Of a stretch of DNA of 64,000 nt, positions 1-9,619 are shown piece by piece. The stretch is from a bacterium (GTDB lineage Bacteria; RBG-13-61-14; DATKZS01), in assembly GCA_963674965.2 (NCBI GenBank), contig CAXXFL010000007.1:938379-1002378 (forward strand), written 5' to 3'. The notes below the pieces were generated by a model. It was not told the DNA's origin. It saw only the letters and a list, made by a program, of their open reading frames with translations, and did not search any database. A program made the translations under genes and the position numbers. Each line of letters starts with the position of its first letter. Position 1 is the first letter of the stretch.

Positions 1-197
1 AACTTTTCCTTTTGCAGCTTCTTGATTCGATGTATCCTGTCTATGGAGGACTCGTCGTAATAGGCCATGGTCTTGCCGGTCTTGACGGGCTTGGGAATAA
101 GGCCCTCGTTGACGTAGTGCTTGATGGTGGCTGGCGACACTCCGGCCTTTTGGGCGAGCTCGCTAATGCGGAGCATATTTTTCTTGTCGGCCTTCAT
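1..197 (-). CDS. MerR-family HTH transcriptional regulator, N-terminal part (runs off the window; probably a MerR-TetR fusion like 44335..45240)
   Basis: Not in the ORF track. Manual translation from ATG at 197: MKADKKNMLRISELAQKAGVSPATIKHYVNEGLIPKPVKTGKTMAYYDESSIDRIHRIKKLQKEK..., a typical MerR HTH. Confidence 0.85.
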   Translation of the reverse strand, partial: MKADKKNMLRISELAQKAGVSPATIKHYVNEGLIPKPVKTGKTMAYYDESSIDRIHRIKKLQKEK

Positions 198-200
198 GAT

Positions 201-226
201 TAAGAAGTAAAACGTTCTACTTCTTA
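201..226. promoter_or_regulatory. 26-bp near-perfect palindrome, putative autoregulatory operator
   Basis: TAAGAAGTAaAACGTTcTACTTCTTA sits immediately upstream of the regulator start codon; a minus-strand TTGACA lies at 248-253. Confidence 0.55.
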
Positions 227-535
227 TTTAACTTATAATGGAAACAATGTCAAGACTTTTTTCGAGACTAAATAACGTTTAACAGCCCGAGCGTCAATAT
301 TAGACGAAAGTCGAGGGCGGATCATTAAAACGTTACCAGGACGATAACCATTCATAAAACAAGCCCACCCGGCCAGGACGACCGATCTTCAAACTGGAAA
401 AGAACGATAATCCAGGCCAAGACGCTCCGTTCTACCTTCCGTGAGCGGCGCATTTTCAGCTCCTTGTTAGTTTAGACCCGATCCATCTGCTAGAATCATT
501 GTATCGCCTGGAAGGCGAGCCCGGACGCGTCCGAA

Positions 536-1984
536 ATGAAAAACTTGAGGAAAATTGTTAAGCTCACTGGCCTCACCGCGGCTCTATTCGCGCTGGCCCT
601 TTTCTCGGGTTACGACTGCAAGCCGCGCCATAAGACGCCGCCTCCCAGGCGCGTGGTACTCATGGTGATCGATACCCTGCGGGCCGACCACGTGGGCGCC
701 TACGGCTACGGCCGGGCCACTTCTCCCAACATGGACTCGATAGCCTCGCGCGGGATTTTATTTAAAAGGACGGTGGCGGGCAGTTCCTGGACCCAGCCCT
801 CCATGGCCTCGCTCATGACCTCGACCTATCCTCGGGTCCACCACGTGAACTCGGCGCCGGCGGGCAAGGCCTCCGCGGCCGTTCTTCCCTCCCGGCTGGT
901 CACCATGGCCGAGTTCCTCAAACAACGGGGATTCGAGACCAAGGCCGTGAGTTCCCAGCCCCTTTGCAACGCCCTTACCGGCTTCGACCAGGGCTTTGAC
1001 GACTTCGAAAGCGTTTTCGAGGCGCTTTTAGACGAGCGGGAGACGGAGAAGGTGATGGACCGGGCCCTTGCCTGGCTGGAGTCGCGTTCACCTGACTCGA
1101 GTTTCTTCCTTTATATCCACGTGATGGGTCCGCATTTCCCCTACATTCCTCCACCAGGCTACAAGGGAAGGTTCGGCTCGGAGGGGTCGAGAAAAATCGA
1201 GGCCATGTTCCACGGCATGGATTACAAGGAGCAGATGGAATACCTGATGAGCGACGAGGCGGCAAAGCGGTTTTCGGCCTCTCCGGACCTTCTGGCCGAG
1301 CTCGTCGCTCTCTACGACGAGGAGATAGCCTACGTTGACGATCAGGTCAAGCGCCTGTGGGACGCGCTCGAGGGGCGGGGCATGATCGATGAAACCATGT
1401 TTATCTTGACCTCGGACCATGGGGAGGGTTTTCTCGATCATGGCCTCTTCACTCACGGCAACGCTCTTTACCGGGAACTGGTCGAGGTCCCCATGATAAT
1501 TCATTACCCACCCCTGGGGAAATCTCTTTCCATTGACGGCGTTGTTTCCCATCTGGACGTTCTTCCCACTCTGGCCGACCTTTTCGGGGAGCGGGCGCCT
1601 TACCCGTCGCAGGGGGAGTCTCTTATTCCCCTGGCCATGGGCAAGGCCGACCGTACACCGGCCCTTTCCGAGCTTTATCTTCGGGCCATGGCCAAGATAA
1701 CGGACCGGGATTACTCGCTTATCTACCGGCCCAAGTCCCGTTTTCAGGTCAAGGGCCAGACCTTTACGAACGAGGAGGAGACGACCCTTCTGTTCGATCT
1801 TGCAAAAGACCCGGGCGAAACGAGAGACCTTTCGGAGACGGAGGTGGAACGGGCCGCTGCGCTCAAAACCGAGCTGCTCGAGATGGAGGAGGAAAACGCC
1901 CGGATCAAAATACCCGCCGCCGATTCGATCCAGTACGATCCCAAGCACGTCGAGCAGTTGAAGGCGGTGGGGTATCTGCACTGA
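536..1984 (+). CDS. Sulfatase/alkaline-phosphatase superfamily protein, exported
   Basis: VIDTLRADH, SWTQPSMASLMTS, PHFPY, TSDHGE and HG motifs; N-terminal signal or lipoprotein-like peptide. Confidence 0.85.
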   Translation: MKNLRKIVKLTGLTAALFALALFSGYDCKPRHKTPPPRRVVLMVIDTLRADHVGAYGYGRATSPNMDSIASRGILFKRTVAGSSWTQPSMASLMTSTYPRVHHVNSAPAGKASAAVLPSRLVTMAEFLKQRGFETKAVSSQPLCNALTGFDQGFDDFESVFEALLDERETEKVMDRALAWLESRSPDSSFFLYIHVMGPHFPYIPPPGYKGRFGSEGSRKIEAMFHGMDYKEQMEYLMSDEAAKRFSASPDLLAELVALYDEEIAYVDDQVKRLWDALEGRGMIDETMFILTSDHGEGFLDHGLFTHGNALYRELVEVPMIIHYPPLGKSLSIDGVVSHLDVLPTLADLFGERAPYPSQGESLIPLAMGKADRTPALSELYLRAMAKITDRDYSLIYRPKSRFQVKGQTFTNEEETTLLFDLAKDPGETRDLSETEVERAAALKTELLEMEEENARIKIPAADSIQYDPKHVEQLKAVGYLH

Positions 1985-2210
1985 GCGGGCGGGATGGTGG
2001 ACGAGGTTTGGCCGGGAGAGACAATGCAATATCGAATAGCCCGCCTCGATAAGGTGGAGTTCCTTACGACCAATAGCGGGGCTCGAGCGTTCTGGAAAGC
2101 CATGGTTTTCGGGGACTAGGCGGCCGCGCTCGAGACGCCTCCGAACGGTAGAGACGGGGCGTTTTGGGTGATTGATTTTCGGGGAATTCGGTGTTAATCT
2201 ACAAATTCAC

Positions 2211-2287
2211 GGCGGCTTAGCTCAGGTGGTTAGAGCACACGGCTCATATCCGTGTTGTCCGGGGTTCGAGTCCCTGAGCCGCCACCA
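2211..2287 (+). tRNA. tRNA with CAT anticodon, most likely elongator tRNA-Met
   Basis: GGCGGCT acceptor stem with AGCCGCC-ACCA end, D arm TAGCTCAGGTGGTTAGAGC, anticodon arm CACGG-CTCATAT-CCGTG, T arm GGTTCGAGTCC, encoded CCA. Confidence 0.93.
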
Positions 2288-2386
2288 AAACAATTACCTG
2301 ATCCAGGAGGATTTATCTTCCTGGATTTTCTTTTTTCGGGGATATGGACCGGCCTATCCCGAGCGCCGTCCCCCTCCAGCGCGGCA

Positions 2387-2863
2387 TTATTTGTCCGCTT
2401 CGCCCGGGTTAATGCAGAACACGCTGCAAGGCGCCCTTCTTACGACCCTTTCGGCCACGCTACCGATTATGAGGTGCGACAGTCCGGTCCTGCCATGCGT
2501 GCCCATGACGATGAGGTCGATATCGTTTTCCCCGGCGTATTTGACTATCTGCTCGAAGGGCAAGCCTTCCTTGACTACCTTGAAGATTTTTCGGTCATTG
2601 TTGTCGATCCCGCTGAGGATTTTATCGAGCTGCAGGCCGGCTCCTTTCGTCATCTGCTCCCTTATGTCCTTTTCGACCGAGGGAGATATTATAGGGTCCA
2701 TCCAGGACCCGGCCTCCGCCAGGGAGGGGACGTGGACCACGTGCAGGACGGCCAAGTCGGCCTCGAACTTGTGGGCCAGAAACTCGGCGTACTCGAGTAT
2801 CTTGCCGGTCATTTCCGAGAAATCGACCGGGACCAGAATGCTTTTAATGTCCGGGGTTTTCAT
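2387..2863 (-). CDS. Universal stress protein (UspA family)
   Basis: ILVPVDFSE start; DLIVMGTHGRTGLSHLIIGSVAERVVRRAPCSV motif. Confidence 0.93.
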   Translation of the reverse strand: MKTPDIKSILVPVDFSEMTGKILEYAEFLAHKFEADLAVLHVVHVPSLAEAGSWMDPIISPSVEKDIREQMTKGAGLQLDKILSGIDNNDRKIFKVVKEGLPFEQIVKYAGENDIDLIVMGTHGRTGLSHLIIGSVAERVVRRAPCSVFCINPGEADK

Positions 2864-3043
2864 GTCGGCCTCCTTGCCTTACAATTGTAAGCGCGGACGA
2901 TCGCCTCGTCTATAGTATGTAGACTATCACGAGTGAGGGTCCGATTGTAGTCTCTTGGCCGCGTCCCCGGGAAATTTTTCTTCCCTTGATTTGGCGCCCA
3001 AGGGAGCTACCATCTTTTATATTGTCTTTGAAAGGAGAGTGAA

Positions 3044-3841
3044 ATGATCAGAAAAACCTGCGCGTTCTTTATCGGCGCCTTTCTTGTTTGCCTTTCCGTC
3101 TCGGCCAAGCCCGGGGACTGGAAAAGACTGGGAAACCCGGGCGAGTGGCTGGGCACGACGGCCGGGACCATTTTAGGCGGGAAACTGTACACGACCGAGG
3201 GATCGGGCAAGCTCTACGTTACCGACCTGACCGCCGGGACATGGAAGGAAATCGGCAAGCCCGACTTCGCCGGCACGCGTTTCATGTTCGCCGTGGACCA
3301 GACCTTATATACCATCGAGCTTGACGGCGCCCTGTACGCGGTCAACCCGTCGGACGGCTCGTGGAAATCGGTGGGTACGCCCGGCGATTTCAAGCTGACC
3401 ACGGCGGGGGCGGTCCTTGGCGGCAAGATTTACACGGTCGACTCGACGGGGGACCTCATCGAGGTCAACCCGGCGGACGGGTCCAGGAAGAAAATCGGCA
3501 AGCCCGACTTCGCGGGAACGAAGTTCCTCTTCGCCGTTGAAAACGATCTTTTCAGCATCGAGAGCGACGGCAGCCTCTATCGTATCAATCCCGCCGACGG
3601 TACCTGGAAGGGAGTGGGAAAGCCCGGCGACTGGGCGCTTACCATTGGAGGAACGGTGGTGGGCAAGAACATCTTCACCGCCGAGAGCTCGGGCGCCTTT
3701 TACGTTACCGACCCTTCAACCGGGAAATGGGTGAAGCTGGGCGAGAACGACTTCGTGAAGACCCAGCACATGTGGGCCGGCGGCGAGAACATTTACAGTA
3801 TCGAGTCCGACGGCAGTCTTTACGAGATATATCTCAAATAG
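3044..3841 (+). CDS. Secreted six-repeat beta-propeller protein (lectin-like)
   Basis: Signal peptide followed by six ~40-aa repeats of the form WKxxGxP(G)D(F/W)xxT...YxxExxGxLYxxxP. Confidence 0.7.
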   Translation: MIRKTCAFFIGAFLVCLSVSAKPGDWKRLGNPGEWLGTTAGTILGGKLYTTEGSGKLYVTDLTAGTWKEIGKPDFAGTRFMFAVDQTLYTIELDGALYAVNPSDGSWKSVGTPGDFKLTTAGAVLGGKIYTVDSTGDLIEVNPADGSRKKIGKPDFAGTKFLFAVENDLFSIESDGSLYRINPADGTWKGVGKPGDWALTIGGTVVGKNIFTAESSGAFYVTDPSTGKWVKLGENDFVKTQHMWAGGENIYSIESDGSLYEIYLK

Positions 3842-3852
3842 CCGGTATGGGT

Positions 3853-3884
3853 AAGGGGCCCGGGGGAATTCTCCGGGCCTTTTT
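3853..3884. terminator. Rho-independent terminator between convergent genes
   Basis: AAGGGGCCCGGGGG-AATT-CTCCGGGCCTTTTT hairpin with T-tract. Confidence 0.65.
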
Positions 3885-5049
3885 ACGTGGTCACGGCGAT
3901 GACCTCGACGGGCTTCAAGATGTTTTTAAGCTCGATGGACCCGCGCTTGTCGAAATGGAACCTGGGCACGGGGTCGGTCCCCCTGTAGAAGCTGAGCCCC
4001 TCCTTGGCCGCGTTGTGAGTGGCCCTGACCGTGAGTATCTCGCCGGGACCGGCCTTCGAGCAAAGCCTGGCGGCCAGGTTGACGTTGTGGCCCAGGACCG
4101 TGTAATCGAGCCGGGAGGGGCTGCCGATGTTTCCCAGAATCACCTCGCCGCTCGAGACCCCGATGCCCACGCCGGGCGCCACGAAGCCTTCCTTCTTCCT
4201 TTCCTCGATCCACATCTCGTGCGACTTCAGCATCTTGTCCGCCGCCATCAGGGCCCGGAGGGCGTGGTCCGGAAAGGAAAGCGGCGCGCCGAAGACGGCC
4301 ATGATCTCGTCGCCCACGAACTTGTCCACCATGCCGTCGAATTTTTCCACCGCGTCCACGGCCAGGGTGAGGAAGGAGTTGACCATTTGTACCACCTCCT
4401 CGGCCTCGAGCTCCTGGCACACCCGGGTGAAACCGCGAAGGTCGGCGAACAACACGCTGGCCACTCTCCTTTGCGTGCGCATGAGCTCGTCCTCGGAGAG
4501 CTCGGCCATCTGCTCCATCACGCGGGGAGAAACGTAGCGGCTGAAGTTCTTCTCCAGCCAATGGGTGTGGGTTAAGTCCTGAGCCACTATCTGGACCTTG
4601 TCCTTTACGTGAGTACAGGCGAAGCGGAGGAGGGGGGGATCGCTGACGTTGCGCTCGGCGAGGGAGGGCAAACGCTCGGGGGTCAGGTCGGGAAATTCCC
4701 TTTCCACGATGTAGCTCTGCCCGCTTTCCTTGACGGCGGCCAGGAGGGAACTCATCACGTCGCCGAGAGGTCCCTTGTCCCAATCGGACAGCATGGTCCC
4801 GAGAACGTCGCGGCGCCGGTCGGAGGGGACCCCCAGAAGCCGGGCCATGCGGTCGTTCAGATAGGCTAGAGTGCCCTTATCGTCCACGACCATTATCATC
4901 TCCTCGAGGCCCTGGATGGTGAAGCTTTCGCCCAGACCGGTCAGGGGCTGGGCCCCGGCCATGGTCATCATGGCGGCGCCTCCGCGGACCCTGTCCAGTT
5001 CCGCCTTGAGCATTTTTATTTCAGCTTCGTAATCTTCCGAGGTTCGCAT
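3883..5049 (-). CDS. Class III adenylate cyclase with N-terminal PAS-like region
   Basis: VLFADLRGFT, DKFVGDEIMAVFG and DYTVLGHNVNLAARL; Lys/Asp specificity residues of adenylyl cyclases; ATG at 5049 follows GGAAGGA. Confidence 0.88.
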   Translation of the reverse strand: MRTSEDYEAEIKMLKAELDRVRGGAAMMTMAGAQPLTGLGESFTIQGLEEMIMVVDDKGTLAYLNDRMARLLGVPSDRRRDVLGTMLSDWDKGPLGDVMSSLLAAVKESGQSYIVEREFPDLTPERLPSLAERNVSDPPLLRFACTHVKDKVQIVAQDLTHTHWLEKNFSRYVSPRVMEQMAELSEDELMRTQRRVASVLFADLRGFTRVCQELEAEEVVQMVNSFLTLAVDAVEKFDGMVDKFVGDEIMAVFGAPLSFPDHALRALMAADKMLKSHEMWIEERKKEGFVAPGVGIGVSSGEVILGNIGSPSRLDYTVLGHNVNLAARLCSKAGPGEILTVRATHNAAKEGLSFYRGTDPVPRFHFDKRGSIELKNILKPVEVIAVTT

Positions 5050-5126
5050 GGGTCCTTCCCTTGTATGGACGAGAGCCCGGTCCGGCTTATCCAAATCCCA
5101 GGCGCGATATCATAATCCAGGTTTCA

Positions 5127-5897
5127 TTATAACGCCAATCCGGATAAAAAGCCCATAATGGCGCGGCTGACTTCCATGGGCTTCTCGAGCGGACAAAGAT
5201 GGCCGGCCTGAGCTATGCGGACCCTTTGGGCGCCCGCGATTTTTTCCTCCAGGAAATCCGAGTACTTGGGAGGGGTCAGCTTATCGTCATCTCCGCTCAC
5301 TATTAAAGTCGGCGTTTTTATTCGGCCCAGGCGGTCCCGGACGTCAAAGGCGTCGCAGGCCCTGAAGTCTCCCGCCGCCACCGGGGGCGAGGCCTCGGCG
5401 GTGGCCCGGATAAAATCGGCCAGGAGGGCGGGATCGGTTTTATCCGAGGCGGCGAATTTGGCAATCATGTCCACGTAAAGGGGGAAGTTTTTCTCGATGG
5501 CCTCGAAAATGGCGGGCATTACCTTTAACTTGGCCCCCGTGCTAATTAATACTCCGGCCTTCACCAGGTCCCCCCGCTCGATGAGCAGGGTCTGGGTGAT
5601 GGCCCCTCCCATGCTCAGGCCCACGGGAACCGGCTTGGGAAACGGGGCCGTCTCGATCAGGTCGGCCACCGCCCTGGCGTAATCCTCGATGGTCTTGAAG
5701 CCGTCACCGGGACTGGACCCATGTCCGGGAAGGTCCAGGGCAACCGCGTTGGCCCCGTCGGCCGGCGCGGCGACCTGCTTATCCCACAATACGCGAGACC
5801 CTCCCGCGCCGTGAATAAAGACGAGGGTTGGCTTATTAGGATCGAGCGGCCATAAGCCGGCGCTGAAAGCCACATTTTTTATTTGCTTTTCTATCAT
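5127..5897 (-). CDS. Alpha/beta hydrolase
   Basis: FIHGAGG, LDLPGHG, GLSMGG nucleophile elbow, GDDDKLTP, AGH. Confidence 0.9.
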   Translation of the reverse strand: MIEKQIKNVAFSAGLWPLDPNKPTLVFIHGAGGSRVLWDKQVAAPADGANAVALDLPGHGSSPGDGFKTIEDYARAVADLIETAPFPKPVPVGLSMGGAITQTLLIERGDLVKAGVLISTGAKLKVMPAIFEAIEKNFPLYVDMIAKFAASDKTDPALLADFIRATAEASPPVAAGDFRACDAFDVRDRLGRIKTPTLIVSGDDDKLTPPKYSDFLEEKIAGAQRVRIAQAGHLCPLEKPMEVSRAIMGFLSGLAL

Positions 5898-6742
5898 CTT
5901 TTCAAGCCCCTTGTTTTCCTGGGCCTATATTAGCGCAACAAAGGCCCAACCCACAAATGGCCCCTGTATTTTTTTCTGAAAATAAAAGCTACGGAGTCGA
6001 GATTGAATCTTGAGAAAACAGCCTGATCGGACCTGGGCAATTGTAAGAGTTGCCTCCATTTTCATCCATTCGTTCCATGATGGCGTCTTTTCAATCTTGG
6101 CAAATTGCATTTGTATGGGCAATCTGCCCTTCGGCCATGTATTTAGATACAGATTTTAAGCTGTTAATTCAATATATTACGACTATTGAGCGGAGGAAGA
6201 AGAACTTTTCCGGCTTCCATTCGTTTCCTGCAATTGAGAAATTGAAGACAAACGATTTATTAAGTGCATTACTTATTCCAACTGAATTACATTTGGCAAA
6301 TAAATTACAAGTAAGCGATTGCAAAGAAAAATCAGGAGACCAAACATGGTGGTGATAAAAATCCGGAAGAATCGGTCATTGACCAGAGCGGAATGGATGA
6401 GCATATTATAGTTGAATAATATAGGGTGACGCAAAAAATTGCATATTGCAAGCTTAAAGTAAGTATTTTTTTCGAGGTGCTCGTTTTTGTGCATTTCAAG
6501 GCTCCTTTGGCAAAGGCGTACAGGAGAGATAAATTGAAAACTACGGCTTGCGGGCCGAAGGTAAATATATATATATTTAAGTGGCTTACAAGACAATTGC
6601 CAATAAAATGAGGAAATATAGGGAAACTATTTTCGTAAATTGATAACAAAGCCCTATTAACGGCATAAGGTTTGTAAGTAATAATGTTACTCGTATAGTG
6701 AATCTTTTAGAACAGGCTGGTATCTAAACTTTGGGAGGTACC

Positions 6743-7960
6743 ATGATAAGGACCACTGCCATCAAGGTAATGGGACCCGGCAAGGACGATTCCGTCGAGG
6801 AAATCGATGAGAATCTGGAGCTGGAGACCGAATTCGACGAAGAAGAAGATGAGGAGGAAATCGAGGAAGTCGAGGAAAAGGAGGAGCTTTCCAGCGCCTT
6901 TGGAAACGGCTTCAGGGGAGACCTGTTATCGCTTTATCTCCAGGAGATGGACGCGGTTAACCTCTTTACGCCCGAGCAGGAATTCCTGAAGGCGAAAGAG
7001 GTTTTCGAGGCCAAGGCCGCGGTATGCGGACTTATTGGCGCGCTTCCTTTCGTGGCGGAACCCGAGAACCTGACCGAGGCCAAGATAAAGGACGTGATCG
7101 TAACGCTCGAGAACGCTCGGATAGATTTCCGCAAAAAGCGCTCTCTTGCCCGCGCGTCGAAGAAACAATACGGTCTCACGGCTCGGGAGATAGGCCCTTT
7201 CCTTAGGAAGCTCAGGACGGCTCACGGCAAGTTCGTGTTCAGGAGGAATGATTTTATCGAGGCGAATTTAAGGCTGGTGGTAAAGATAGCCAACCGCTAT
7301 CGCAACCGTGTCCTGCCCACGGCGGACCTGATCCAGGAGGGAAACCTGGGGCTTATCAGGGCCGTCGAGAAGTTCGACTACAGGAAGGGTTTCAAGTTCT
7401 CGAGCTACGCCACCTGGTGGATTCACCAGTCCATCATCCGGGCCATCGCCGAGAAGAGCAAGCTCATCAAGGTGCCGGTATATCTTAACGACCGTATCCG
7501 GCGGCTGGACAAGGAAAGCAGGCGTCTCACTCTCGAGCTGGAAAAGGAACCCTGCGTCGAGGACCTGGCCGAGAGCATGGAGATGGAGGCAAAGGAAGTA
7601 GTGGGTCTCATGCAGATGTCCCGCGAGCCGGTCAGTCTCGAGACCCAGATATGCGACATGGAGGAGATAGTTCTCGGGGACGTCCTGGAGGACACCCGCG
7701 TGGACAGGACGGACGAGGCCGTTTTCAAGGCGCTCATGATGGAGGAAATCGAGGCCGCCCTTCGGACCCTCTCTCCCAAGGAGGAGATGATCCTTCGGAT
7801 GAGGTTCGGGATCGGGACCGAAAGCGAGTACACCCTCGAGGAAATCGGAAGCGAGTTCAATATTTCGCGGGAGCGCGTAAGGCAGATCGTCGAGAAGAGC
7901 CTTCGCAAGCTCCGGCATCCGTCCCGGGCGAAAGCCATGGAGAACTGCAGTTACAATTAG
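6743..7960 (+). CDS. Sigma70-family RNA polymerase sigma factor (RpoD/RpoS-like, no region 1.1)
   Basis: Region 1.2 DLLSLYLQEM; region 2 ANLRLVVKIA, DLIQEGNLGLIRAVEKFDYRKGFKFSSYATWWI; region 4 TLEEIG..SRERVRQI; GGAGG RBS before ATG 6743. Confidence 0.92.
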   Translation: MIRTTAIKVMGPGKDDSVEEIDENLELETEFDEEEDEEEIEEVEEKEELSSAFGNGFRGDLLSLYLQEMDAVNLFTPEQEFLKAKEVFEAKAAVCGLIGALPFVAEPENLTEAKIKDVIVTLENARIDFRKKRSLARASKKQYGLTAREIGPFLRKLRTAHGKFVFRRNDFIEANLRLVVKIANRYRNRVLPTADLIQEGNLGLIRAVEKFDYRKGFKFSSYATWWIHQSIIRAIAEKSKLIKVPVYLNDRIRRLDKESRRLTLELEKEPCVEDLAESMEMEAKEVVGLMQMSREPVSLETQICDMEEIVLGDVLEDTRVDRTDEAVFKALMMEEIEAALRTLSPKEEMILRMRFGIGTESEYTLEEIGSEFNISRERVRQIVEKSLRKLRHPSRAKAMENCSYN

Positions 7961-7989
7961 CGCGATTTAATAGCTCACGCTCACGCCAA

Positions 7990-8028
7990 TGACGCCTCCC
8001 CGGCAATAATCGGGGAGGCGTCATTTTT
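7990..8028 (+). terminator. Rho-independent terminator after the sigma gene
   Basis: TGACGCCTCCCC-loop-GGGGAGGCGTCA followed by TTTTT. Confidence 0.75.
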
Positions 8029-8054
8029 ATCGCGGCGCCGAGGGTGTCGAATGA

Positions 8055-8082
8055 AAAAGGGGACGCCGATGACGTCCCCTTT
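8055..8082 (-). terminator. Rho-independent terminator for the minus-strand gene ending at 8106
   Basis: AAAAAGGGGACG-CCGATGA-CGTCCCCTTT. Confidence 0.65.
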
Positions 8083-8105
8083 ACTTACGGGCGGATATTC
8101 CCGGC

Positions 8106-9320
8106 TTAGAGGCTATAGTCCGGGTTTTCCGGGTCGAAGTCGTTCTCCGTCAGGTCCGGGTTGATCTGAATCTGAGTGTAAAGGTAGGACTCGGAGTATT
8201 CATTGTCGTGGTTCCACGTTTCCGCCTTGATCTCGAGGGAACGGGTAAAGTCGATGTAGTTCATGAGGCGGTAGCAATAATAACCCTTGGACTTGTCACG
8301 GGAGAGGATGTTCTCCCGCTTGTAGACCTTATGGCCGTCAACGTCCACGATGCCGTAATTTTTGTCCTCCACGTCGCCGTTGGGATTGGCTTTCCTGTAG
8401 TTCTCCTCGATAAGGTCGAGAAGGTATTTGAGACCCGTCTCGGTAATAACATGGTTCGTGCCGCGCTTGGCTATTTCCGAGTCAATGGGAAGAGTGACCG
8501 GGATTACGCCCAGTATGCCCTTCTCCCGGACCCTGACCTTGCCCGCGCCGAGTATTCTTTCATTGTACAGGGCTTCCCTGCCCACCCAGGGGCTGCTGGG
8601 ATGGGGAAGCCATTTCATGTAGATGGCCTTGGGCTTCTCCCGGTATTTGAGGAGTATCTTCTCCTCGCCCTGAAGCTCGCCGTCAATGCGCTCGATCTTA
8701 TATAAAATACAGGTATAGGTGTTGATCTGCTTGTATTTCCTCTTTCCCGTCTCGATCAGGACCCAGTCCTCGGTGGCGTCAAGGATCACCTGCACCCGAT
8801 CCAGAGACATGGACGAAAACAGTTTTTTCCTCCCGTCCTCTCCCATGAAGAAACTCATGCTCGCTATCTCCTCGGGCGAGAGCCTGTTTATGGTCTCCTT
8901 CATCTGGTCCAGGTTCATGTTATTGTTGCCTATGGCCAGGATGTTGGGAAAAAGACCGGCAAAGTCCTTGTCCTCCTCGATTTGGGCGTGGGCCAGGAAT
9001 TTTTCGTCGAGAAATTTCTGCTTTTCCTCGTCAAGGCCCTCCTTAGTCTGAGCGTGGCCCTCCTCGCCCAGGTAATAGCTGATGGCCGCCCTCTCCTTGT
9101 CCGTAAGCTGGCTCGAGGACGTTTTTAACTGATCCATGCTCATCAACTCGACCTGAGACTTGAAGAGCTTGAGGAAAACCTCGCGGAAGTCGGGTATATC
9201 GTGTCCAAAGGGATTGTCCTTGCCCGCCTCGATGGCCGGGCTTAAAAGTACGGCCGCGATAGTTACGGCCATGATAAAGCCTATTCTCATTACCCTTTTA
9301 AAGGTATGCGCCATTTTCAC
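8106..9320 (-). CDS. Exported DUF1571-like (LolA-like fold) protein
   Basis: Signal peptide; C-terminal half YTCILYKIERIDGEL..EEKILLKYREKPKAIYMKW..GREALY..NPDLTENDFDPENPDY resembles DUF1571. Confidence 0.65.
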   Translation of the reverse strand: MKMAHTFKRVMRIGFIMAVTIAAVLLSPAIEAGKDNPFGHDIPDFREVFLKLFKSQVELMSMDQLKTSSSQLTDKERAAISYYLGEEGHAQTKEGLDEEKQKFLDEKFLAHAQIEEDKDFAGLFPNILAIGNNNMNLDQMKETINRLSPEEIASMSFFMGEDGRKKLFSSMSLDRVQVILDATEDWVLIETGKRKYKQINTYTCILYKIERIDGELQGEEKILLKYREKPKAIYMKWLPHPSSPWVGREALYNERILGAGKVRVREKGILGVIPVTLPIDSEIAKRGTNHVITETGLKYLLDLIEENYRKANPNGDVEDKNYGIVDVDGHKVYKRENILSRDKSKGYYCYRLMNYIDFTRSLEIKAETWNHDNEYSESYLYTQIQINPDLTENDFDPENPDYSL

Positions 9321-9619
9321 TACCCCTTTCTTGATTGATTATTACGGTAGAAAGCAACCTCTATCCCTGAGCGGTTACTAAACCACATTCGGGAACAAAT
9401 GGCAAGCGTATTAATACGATCGTTAAATTTTATTTCTAAAGCGAGTGCATATCCATTGTTAGTTCATTATAAATATTGTAACTTCTCCTTGACTGGAGGG
9501 ACCTGGAATAAGTATTCTTGGAGCGGTATTAAACGCTACTTAAATTATCCGCATAACCGGGAAAAGGCGGTCCCCCCTGGGAACGACTTCAAATGATCGG
9601 GAGAATCGAGTTGGCTGAA

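Noticed and set aside
1990-2120. Possible GNAT C-terminal remnant (..TTNSGARAFWKAM..)
   Set aside because: About 31 codons with weak similarity; cannot be supported without a search.
2211-2287. tRNA as an integration site for an island or prophage
   Set aside because: No integrase nearby, and I saw no duplicated tRNA 3' end in the window.
6395-6470. Possible c-di-GMP-I riboswitch (GACGCAAA)
   Set aside because: The upstream GGCAAA/GNRA P2 elements and pairing could not be found.
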